From assembly GCA_043228905.1 (NCBI GenBank), contig JBHGNT010000012.1, positions 13,206,001-13,270,000 on the forward strand: DNA of 64,000 nt. The letters run 5' to 3'. The stretch comes from Azolla caroliniana (Eukaryota > Plantae > Polypodiophyta). The translations under genes were made by a program, and so were the position numbers. The notes below the pieces were generated by a model. It worked only from the letters and a program-made list of their open reading frames with translations, did no database searches and had not been told where the DNA came from. Below are positions 12,892 through 24,400 of this stretch, piece after piece. Numbering within the stretch: the first letter of the stretch is position 1; every line of letters begins with the position of its first letter.

Positions 12892-14280
12892 AATGCCTCC
12901 AATTTCCCTGCACACAATGGAAGCAACCGCAATACAATGAACATCCAATCTAGAATAACCGCGAACAGCATGGAGAGATCACAATTCGGGAATTCCTTGG
13001 TACTCCCAGGTCTTCTCCCTATTTATCTTCATCTGTCTAACCGCAATACAATGAACATCCAACCTAGAATAACCGCGAATAACATGGAGAGATTGCAATT
13101 CGGGAATTCAGGTTTGATATCTCGGACCTGCGAAGAATAAACACTAGTTGCACTCGTTGACATATTAGCTCTTAAAAATTCAACTACATGTCCTGCACAA
13201 TTCATTTCCACACCATCTGCCTTTAGTTGTTGATGGGTAAGTGCCCGCTTTATAACAACACATGCACCATCTTGTTCACCTTTACCATGGCTAGAGCCAA
13301 AAAAATTCCATCTCATCTCCAAACCTGTTATAGCATGACACCTCCCCACAAAATAAAATGGACGTCGAGCCTTGAATTGTGACGCAGCTCCGTCATACCA
13401 GACCCAATGTTCAGTAAGCTCCAAACATTGAGCTAATAACCATTGCCAATGTAAGTTAAAACAATGTTGGACGAAGAAGGTATCATGCTTCTTATCATCA
13501 GAAATAAAAAGATGAATTACCTTTTTAACATCACCTGAAAGTCGAAAATATGTTATGTGCACAAAAATGGTTACCTGCGTTGAACACCAATGCATAGATT
13601 GAATTTCATTCTGCTACTTGAAAGTATAATTCTCTACGAAATCTACGACTCTAACTACTACATCATTTGGAAAATATGCAAGTCTTAAACTGATGGGCTT
13701 GCCATGAATAAATGAAGTTGTGTTTAATGAACTTTCCTAGATATACTACAAATAGAGACACCAAATCCTTTGGTTTAAGTGACTTCCTAACTAGATCCTT
13801 TCTTTTACACACCTTTCCTTCGAAATTGGAGACAACTGACTCAAATAACTTGACAAAGATTAATATTTCACTACTCAATTCATTTGGACACCACCTAAAT
13901 CTACTAGGGCCACAATCTTGACATAAACCCATGACACATTTATGACTGTGGAAGATAGCTTCAACTTCTCTCGGACACAATATTGAATCTAAAAGACAAC
14001 TCATGGAAGAGATAACATGCTCAGATGATTTACAGTGCTCTTGCCGGCTTGATCGACAAATTGGGCACTCACAACTGGAAACTGCATTAGTTAGGGAGGC
14101 GCTATAGTGACGTAGTAGATTAACAAAGTCCTTCAGAAAACCCATGTGTACATGGTAAATGCAACAACATGTATATCAATCCTTCAAGCGTCTCACAAAG
14201 TGTGGCTTAAGAGACTCGAATGTTCATAGTTGAACTTTGATATTTGGATGCATTCGCCTAAACCTAATAAATAAATCAAC

Positions 14281-15945
14281 CTGCGTAATAAAATGGACAT
14301 ACTAATTAGTTGATTAGCTATGCTCCAAACCTGTTATAGCAGCTAATGAGCTATTCTGGTAGCTAAATAGCTATGATTGGTAGCTAATTAGCTGGTAATA
14401 GCTAAATTAGCTATGGGCAATAACTAGTTAGCTAAGTGGTCGCTAATAGTCATAGGCAACTAATTAGCTATGATTGGTAGCTAATTAGCTATTCCGGCAG
14501 CTAATTAGCTATCCTAGTAACTAATTAGCTGGTAATAACTAAATTAGCTATTGGGAATAACTAGTTAGCTAATTTGGAAGCTAATTAGCTATAGTCAGAG
14601 GCAGCTAATTAGTTATTCTAGTAGCTAAATAGCTGTGATTGGTAGCTAATTAGCTATTCTAATAGCTAAATATCTATGATTGGTAGCTAATTAGCTATCA
14701 TGGCACCTAAATAGCTGGTAATAACTAAATTAGCTAGTAATAACTAATTAGCTATTAGGAATAGTTAGTTAGCTATTCTAGTAGGTAATTAGTTATAATC
14801 ATAGGCAACTAATTAGCTATTCTAGTAGCTAAATAACTATGATTGGTAGCTAATTAGCTATCCTAGTAGCTAAGTAGCTAGTAATAGCTAATTAACTATT
14901 GCGAATAGCTAGTTGGCTATCCTGGCAGCTAATTAGCTATAGTCATATGCAGCTAATTAACTAGTTATCACCTTAACTATTATGGTAGCTAATTAGCTAG
15001 TCATACACAACTAATTAGCTATTCTAGTAGCTAAATAGCTATGCTCATATTCTTAGGTAGCTAACAAGCTATTCTGGTAGCTAAATAGCTATGCTCATAT
15101 TCTCTTAGGTAGCTAATCAGTTATTTTGGTAGCTAAATAGCTATGCTCATATTCTTAGGCAGCTAATAATCTATTCTGGTAGCTAAATAGCTATGCTCAT
15201 ATTCTTAGGTAGCTAATCAACTATTCTGGTAGCTAAATAGTTATGCTCATATTCTTAGGTAGCTAATTAGTTGTGAGTGCTAGCTAATTTGCTATGATTG
15301 GTAGCTAATTAGCTATCCTAGTAGCTAATTAGCTAGTAATAACTAAAATAGCTATTAGGAATAGATCGTTAGCTATTCTGGTAGCTAATTAGCTACAGTC
15401 ATACACACTTAATTAGCTATATTGGTAGCTAAATAACTATGCTCATATTCTTAGGTAGCTAATTAGCTATTTTGGTAGCTAATTAGCTAGTCTAGTAGCT
15501 AATTAACTATTGTCGTAGGCAGCTAATTAGCTATTGTGGTAGCTAAATAGTTATGATTGGTAGCTAATTAGCTATTGTGGTAGCTAAATAGCTATGTTCG
15601 ATATTCTTAGGTAGCTAATTAACTATTCTAGTAGCGAATTAGCTAATAATAGTTAAATTAGCTATTGGCAATCACTATTAAGCTATTACTAGTAGCTAGT
15701 TAACTATGGTCATATTCTGAGGTAGCTAATTAGTTATTACCGGGAGCTAGTTAGTTATGGTCATATTCTGGGGTAGCTAATTAGCTATTTTGGTAGCTAA
15801 TTAGCTATTACTGGTAGCTAGTTAGCTATGGTCATATTCTAAGGTAGGTAATTAGCTATTCTGGTATGGTCATATTCGGAGGTAGCTAATAAGCTAACTA
15901 ACTAAGCTCAAAAGTCAAAACAAATGTTGAGATAAATGTAAATAC
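14281..15945 (-). repeat. 1.67-kb phase-0 GT-AG intron of the transposase, filled with AGCTAATTAGCT satellite
   Basis: Donor CAG|GTATTT at 15946/15945 and acceptor CAG|GTT at 14281/14280. The spliced frame reads ...HLLDVPQ|VDLFIRF... The interior is dozens of degenerate palindromic units. Confidence 0.8.
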
Positions 15946-18900
15946 CTGAGGTACATCAAGAAGATGAATGGGATGCTCCTCGTATTGATTCCTTCCAACA
16001 CGTTTCCTTCATAAATCCTTCTTATTGGGTAAAACCCTACTCTCATTACTCCAAAATATTGTGATTATATCCTTGATTTCTGATGTTATGGGTGTCATTG
16101 GCTTACATCTTGTTGTCAGCTTTAGCAGACTAGTTCCTTCACCCGAGGAAACTATCCGATTCAATGTATTGTACACACTTTTTCTACTAACACCAAATAC
16201 CTTAGATAGCACACTGATGTTAATATCGTCAACATCACTATTAAGTAACATCATTAGACTGGACCTTTTTAAGACAAGATCATCTTCTGACCTGCTCATG
16301 GATACGAAACTATTACAGAGATTATTTACTAGTACAGATGTTATGTTTGTATTAAGAAGACCATCACAATCAACTAACTCCTTTATCGATGGATCATTTA
16401 ATATTCCATAAAGTACTACCTTCTTATCTTCATTGCTGATGTGCTTGGTTTGAACATTGAAATAGTCTACAACCTTTCTCTCTATGATAGTAGTCCCATT
16501 GCTTCCATTCTCAGTGATATTTAGACCTATATCGCAACCAATACTATCTTTACCTTTAGTGAGTTTGGCTTTTATATCCTTCAACAATTTGTGGAGAAAT
16601 CGTTGCGGAATTTAAATCACAATAGACAGACAATGCTGAAATACGAATCACACACGAATACTAGAATAGACAAGATAAACAATTATACACAGAGATTTAC
16701 GTGGAAACCCTAAAATGGGGAAAACCACGGGAGAACAGAATCTTCACTATACGAAGTGGATATACTACACCGAGAGGAATACAACACTCTGTCGAGTGTA
16801 TTAGCCGCACAGGGCTCTTCGCGTCTGTTGTTACTCACATAGCTATGGCGCGGCTCACACTTCTCTCTCTTATGTTGGGAGACAGGTCCCTCCGGATGGG
16901 AAGGGAGAAGATCAGTGCCGATGAACAAACTCGGCCGAGGCCGATAGGCCGAGGCCGAAGACCGGATGAGGTGGACCCGGCCACGGAGAGCCGAATGATG
17001 CAAACCCGGTGAAGACCGGATGAGGAGTACCTGGCTACGGAGAGCCGGATGATACAGACCCGGTGTGAACCGGATGAGGAGTACTCGGCTACGGAGAGCC
17101 GGATGGTGCAGGCCCGGTATGAACCGGATGAGGAGACATATTCGTAAATAGCCAAAAAGTCATATTAGTATAAATATGACTTAGGGCAAAACTTTTTTGT
17201 TACTGTTGTTGTTATTTTTCTTGCTAGTGCAAGAAGAAGAGAGAGTGCGTAACTGTACAGAGAGAGAGATGAGGTCGTTGCCTCTGTTGTAACCGCCGCC
17301 TGTGGCGAAGATCGTGAGTCCGAGGTCGTTGCCTCCGTGAACTCACTGTTTTGTACATTCATACATAGTGACAGTTTGCAGCCTGTGGGCTGCCGTGGTT
17401 TTTTCCCCTAGTTTGGGGTTTTTTTCCACGTTAACCTCCTGTGTATCTTTCTCCTCTTTGTGTCGTGTTCTATTTCCCGTTTTCTGTGTATGAAAAGAAT
17501 CTCGGTTGTGGCCGAGCGTTGCGCATAAGGAGCTAGGAGTTCCCGTCAAGTGGTATCAGAGCGAAACGACACAGAAAATGGACGAATCGTTTGGCGGCAT
17601 GTTCAAGCTCACCGGCTCCAACTACTCAGTGTGCAAGTTGAAGATGAGGGACATGCTCGTGGTTAAAGACCTCTGGCTGCCGGTTCAGTTCGGGGACAAG
17701 AGACCGGACAAAATCGACGCCGTGATATGGGAGGTGATGCACATGAAGACAACGGCGTACATATGGTGCTTCATCAACATGAGCCTGTACAACAACTTCA
17801 ATGAAGAGAGCAAGGCTCATGAGCTCTGGGAGAAGATCAGCATAATGTTTCAAAACAAAAATGTTGTTAATCAGGTTTCGATATTCCGGAAGCTAGTAAG
17901 ACTGCGGTACCAAGATGGCTCCAGCATGGCGGAGCATATGAATGCCTTCCAAGGGCTGATACACCAAGCAACGTCATTGGAAGTACCTCTTGCCGATGAA
18001 GTATTAGCGCTACTCCTGCTCGGTTCCCTACCGGATAGCTGGGAGACGTTGATTGTCACTTTGGGCAACGCCGGGCCTGAAGGAAAACGGTTATCCCTAG
18101 CAAGAGTAAAGTCGAGCTTGCTAGATGAGGAGGCGCGTCGGAAGGATAAAGATACGAGCTCCGACTCCAAAGCGCTCCTTACCGAATCGGAATGCAGAAG
18201 ACATAGAAACCGTAAAGACAAGGAAACCGACGGTACCGATTTGAAGCAAACCCCGGACCAGAACGGTAAAGACCGGAACGGTAAAGACCGGAGGGGGCCG
18301 GACCGGAAGGGAACGACGGCAATCGCGGCAAGTGAAGAGGAGTTGATGCTCATCACCGAGGAGAGTGAAATAAACCTTGCCGGCGACGAGATGACCTGGG
18401 TGGTAGACTCCGGAGCGTCGTTCCACCTTACCCCGGACCGGAAATGCTTCTCATCCTACTCAGTCGGTGATCACGGTTGTGTCCGGATGGGAAATGAAGG
18501 GACATGCCAAATTGTCGGCATAGGAGACGTGTGGCTGACAACACCAACCGGATGCAAGTTGCTACTGAAGGATGTCCGACACATTCCGGAAGTTCGTCTG
18601 AACATGATATCAGCCGGTCGGCTAGATGATGAAGGCTACACGGGTAGCATCCGGAACGGTGTCATGAAGTTCAGCAAAGGGAGCCTGATTGTGGCTCGGG
18701 CCCGGAAGGTAAACACATTGTACCTGATGAATGCCCGGTTATGTCCAGAAGAAGTGAACGGGGCATCCGACACTGCCGGTGAGCTGTGGCACAAGAGGCT
18801 GTGTCATATGAGCGAGAAGGGGATGAAGAGGCTTGCAGACGACAACCTCATTCCAGTGAAGAACGTGCACTTGGAGAAGTTCACTGATTGTCTGGCCGGT

Positions 18901-21477
18901 AAGCAGAACCGGACCTCCTTTCGATCAAGGCCACCGATGAGACGTAATGCACCACTGGAGTTGGTGCATACGGATGTGTGTTAAGTAGACACGAAGTCAC
19001 ATGCCGGAGCGCAGTACTTCGTGACGTTCATAGATGACCACAGCCGGAAGCTGTGGGCCACACCGTTGAAGACAAAGGATCAGGTGTTATCCGTCTTCAA
19101 AGAGCTCCACGCGAGAGTGGAAAGAGAAATCGGCCGGAAGCTGAAGGCGGTTCGAGCAAATAACGGAGGAGAGTACCGGGGGCAGTTCGAGGAGTACTGC
19201 CGCTCGAAGGGAATCCAGCTCGAATTTACCGTGCCGAAGACGCCGGAACTAAACGGACTGGCCGAGAGGATGAACCGGACCATAATGGAGAGGGTCCGGA
19301 GTATGCTAGCCCATGCAAAACTACCCAAGAAGTTTTGGGCTGAGGCACTGTCGACGGCGACATACGTGATAAATAGATCACCCTTAGTACCTTTGGACGG
19401 AGACACGCCACAGAGAGTGTGGACCGGTAAGGAAGTATCCTACCGGTAAGGAAGTATCCTACCGGCATCTGAAGGTGTTCGGGTGTCTCGCTTACGTGCA
19501 TGTAGCTAAGGACCGTAGAGGTAAGTTAGATCCAAAGACCCGGCCATGCATATTCCTCGGTTACGGTGACGATGAGTTCGGCTACCAAGTGTGGGACCCG
19601 GTCGACAAGAAGGTATTCCGGAGCCGAGATATTTTCTTCATGGAGGGCAAGACGCTCGCCGACTGGGAGTCGGAAAAGAAGATAATGAACTCCGAGTCGA
19701 CCGGTAAGGATAGACTCTACGATGAGCAGACCCAACCGGCAAGAGACCGGTTAGCACTCGAGGAACCAGCCGGTTACGGTGAGGATACCGAACCGGTAGA
19801 AGAAGAAGTAGAGGAAGCTGAGACCGGAACCGGCCAAGACCCCGAATCGGATTCAGATGAAGAGCAAATGTAGGAGCCGGTTACCGAAGCCCGAAGACGT
19901 AGATATCCTCTAAGAGAGAGAAGGGCCCCCCAGAGATTTCCGGATGCAGAGCATGTTCTGCTGACTGATGAGGGGGACCCGGAAAGCTTCGAAGAAGTGA
20001 AGGAAGACACCCATAGCCGAAAATGGTTAAGTGCCATGCAGGACGAGATGGATTCCCTGCATGAGAACCATACATACGAATTGGTGGAGTTGCCGAAAGG
20101 AAAACGGGCACTCCGAAACAAGTGGGTGTACAAGTTGAAACCGGGAGATGCCGGAAACCCCCCGAGATACAAAGCCAGGATCGTGGTGAAGGGGTTCCAG
20201 CAGAAGAAGGGCGTGGACTTCGACGAGATATTTGCCCCGGTAGTAAAGATGACCTCCATCCGGACGGTGCTGAGTATAGCAGCAAGCATGGACCTCGAGG
20301 TAGAGCAGCTGGACGTAAAGACGGCATTCCTTCACGGTGACCTCGAAGAGGAGATCTACATGCAGCAACTGGAAGGATTTGTGGAGAAAGGGAAGGAGCA
20401 CCTGGTATGCCGGTTGAAGAAGAGCCTGTACGGACTGAAGCAGGCTCCCCGGCAATGGTACCGGAAGTTCTACTCCTTCATGACCGATCAAGGGTACCAC
20501 AAGACGCAGGCCGATCACTGCGTGTTTGTGAAGAAGTTCGAAGGAGGGGACTTCATGATACTCCTCCTGTACATGGATGACATGTTGATCGTCGGACGAG
20601 ACCAAGTAAAAATACGGATGCTAAAGAAGGCTCTCAACCGGACCTTCTCAATGAAAGACTTGGGTCCGGCAAGACAGATGTTGGGGATGCACATCATCCG
20701 TAACCGGAAAGCGAAGCAATTATGGTTGTCACAGGAGAAGTACGTGACAAAGGTGCTTCACCGGTTCAACATGTCAAATGCAAAACCGGTCGGATCGACA
20801 CTTCCGGCAAACTGCAAGCTATCCGGCAAGCAAAGCCCGAAGACGAAAGGAGAGAAGGCAGATATGATGAAGATTCCATATGCCTCTGCCGTCGGGAGCT
20901 TGATGTACGCAATGGTTTGTACCCGACCGGATATTGGATACGTAGTCGGAGTGGTGAGCCGGTTCATGAGTAATCCCAGCAAGGAGCACTAGAACGCAGT
21001 CAAATGGATACTCCGGTATTTGAAGGGCACTTCAAATATATGTCTCCGATTCGGCTCCGGAAAACCTCAACTAGACGGTTTCACCGATTCGGACATGTCG
21101 GCTGATGTGGATACCAACCGGTCTACATCCGGGTATGTGATGACATATGCAGGGGGAGCTATTTCGTGGCAGTCGAGGCTGCAGAAGACGGTTGCATTGT
21201 CAACCACAGAGGCGGAGTACATGGCAGTTGTGAAAGCCGGCAAGAAAATATTATGGATGAAGGACTTCATCGGAGAGCTTGGTATCCGGCAAGAGGAATA
21301 CCGACTCTACTGCGACAGTCAAAGTGCCATCCACCTTGCTAAGAATGCGGCCTACCATTCCCGGACGAAGCATATCCAGCATAGGTATCACTGGATCCAG
21401 GAAAGAGTAGATGACTAGGAGTTCGCACTGACGAAGATCCACACGGCAGAGAACGGGTCAGATATGCTGACCAAAGT

Positions 21478-24400
21478 TATTATAGATCTAGGTACTAAAG
21501 TAAGCTTAAGATAAGGATAAAGAAATGAAAGATAGAGAGCAGAAAGAGAAAGAAGGGTGCCGATCCACCCGACCACCCCCGAGCGAAGGGATCGAGACAG
21601 ACTCGAGCCTCGATCGGCGTCCCATACCACCGTCGTGGCGTCGAGTCGTACCTGGTGCTGGCGCGCTCGCTACAAGAGTTGACCCACCACACGAGCAGAG
21701 TCTCGATGTAGTCAAAAGATGATCCAATGAGGGTAGCTAGGCCTCTTATTTATAGCGATACCCAAGGCCCCCATGCAAGTTCACACTTGACCTAATGGGT
21801 TGTCTCAATCCCGAGGATTAAAAGTAATCCTCCCCTTCTTTACACTCTCGTTTAACCCTCACACTTATCCACGTGTATAGAATACTACGGTAAATTCTTA
21901 CCACGGGATATTATATGGTCATGCCCGTAACATACTCCCCCTCTTTAAAACATTGCACTCCTGCAATGGAAAGTTAGGGAAGTTAGTTCTAAGAGTATTT
22001 TCGCGTTCCCATGTGGCATCTTTTATTGATTTATCCATCCATTTTATTTTAAATTCTCGGATTTCTTTAGTACATAATTTTTTTGTTTTAACATCGAGAA
22101 TTCTTTTTGGTACATGTGGTTTAGAAGATAATTCTTCAGAAGTAACCAGAGTTTCAGTCGTAACTGTATTGTCGCCAGAACCTAGAAGTTCTTTTAGACG
22201 ACTCACATGAAAGACTGGATGAATTCCGACACCATCGGGAAGAGCGAGACGATAGGCTAATGACCCAATGCGTTTGAGGACTGTAAAAGGTCCACAAAAT
22301 CGTGGGGCTAACTTAGCGCACTTACCCGTAGACAATGTCTTAGAATTGTGAGGTACACGTAAAAATACCTTCTGTCCAAGGTTGAATACACGAGGTTGCC
22401 TATGATGATCGGCATAAAAACGCGCTCTATCTTGAGCTGTTTTTATATTATCTCGTGCAATATGCAACATATCTTACATATCCCGAAGAAAGTTTTGTGT
22501 ACTTCGCAACTCATCATGATGTATATTAACATCAATCGGGGCTCGTGGCTGAAAACCATACATCAACATAAAAGGACTATATCCCGTCGACGTATGCTTG
22601 GAGCTGTTATAAGCAAACTCCAAAATTGGGAGATAACGTTCCCATTTTGTTGGTTTTGCACCAACGTATGCTCGAAGCATGTCCTCAATAATTTGATTTA
22701 CTCGTTCTGTCTGTCCATCGGATTGAGGATGATCCGTGGAGCTCATGCTCAACGTAGTTTCTAACTTCTTAAAGACTTGTGTCCAGAAGTCACTAGTAAA
22801 CTTTGGATCTCGATCACTCACGATATCCATTGGTAACCCATAAAAATGAAACAATTCATCAATGAATTGGTAAGCCAATTCAGGAGCTGTTACCGTGGTT
22901 TTAGTAGCAATAAATCTGGCCATTTTAGTTAGTCAATCAACGACAACCCAGATGGCATCATGACCTTTTTGGGTGCGAGGAAGGCTAACAATAAAATCCA
23001 TGGATATACTTTCCCACTTATTATTGGGAATGTCCAAGGGATGTAAAAGTCCTGCGGCTTTAAGTCGCTCGGCTTTGTTAACCTGACACTGGTGACATTT
23101 AGTCACATAGCTATGTATGTCAGGACGCATCTTAGGCCAATAAAATTGAGTGGAGATGAGAACGAGTGTATGATGTATTCCAGGGTGCCCTGCTAAGGGT
23201 GCATCATGGCATTCAAAAAGAATCCTCTTTTTGACCTCGGGTAAATCTGGAACACAAACCTTCCCATTACGGTAGAGCAAACCGTTAGCAATGTGGAAGT
23301 ATTCCTTCGAGGATGTGGTGGTGTCTGTTCCAGACTCAACTCTTGTCCAGTATTTTGCGAAATAACTGTCATCAGGATACTTTCCTCGAAGGTGATCATA
23401 AAGATCTGATCATAACTTCACGGATGCGACTTAGTGCATCAGCGACAGTGTTCATGGAACCTTTACGATATCGTATAGAAAAATCAAAGTCCTGGATGAG
23501 ATCAGCCCATCGTGCCTTACGACTTTTCAGGTCTTGTGGGTCACAAAAATATTTGAAGGACTCGTGGTCCGTAGTTACCACAAAGTGATTTCCATAAAGA
23601 TAATGGCGCCATGTTTTGAGCGCATGTATAACTCCAAATAATTCCTTTTCTTGAACGGTATACCGACATTGAGCAGAATCAAGTTTCTTACTCTCGAATG
23701 CTATTGGTTTACCATCTTGATACAAGACAGCACCTATAGCATAATCGCTTGCATCGGTTTCAACCTCAAAAGGTTTTGAAGGATCGGGTAAAAGAAGTGA
23801 AGGAGCCTTGCAAACCAGGTCCTTGAGTTCCTTAAAGGCAAGGTCTAGTGTAGCATTCCACACAATAGGTTTTGTAGACTTACGCGTTTGACCTTTTAAA
23901 AGATCAGTAAACGGCGTCGTCAATTGGGAGTAATTACGAAGAGACTTTCGCAAAAACCCCACAAAACCAAGGAATGATCGAACTTCTTCAGATCCTTGAG
24001 TTGCTTAGATACCTCATCTTCTTCGGATCGACTTAAGCGATATGGAGGTATACTTATTGGTGCAACACCAGATACAATATCTATACGATGGTCTATATTA
24101 CGTTTAGGAGGTAACCCATCAGGTAGTTCACTTGGAAAAACATCATGAAAAACATTTAAGATTTCATCAAGTTGTTGTTCAAAATATGTTACTTGAATCG
24201 GGACATTATCTATATTGTAAACGTGAATGTTCGGATCAAGTACACAATAAAATAACGTAGAACAAGACAACTCGGATATTGATGGACACGAGGAAACAAT
24301 CGAGAGGGATTGTTTTTTTACACATTGAATAAAATGCGTACAATCGTTCAGTACAAAAGAAATGGAATGACGAACCCAATCAATCAATAAAGAAGAGTTT

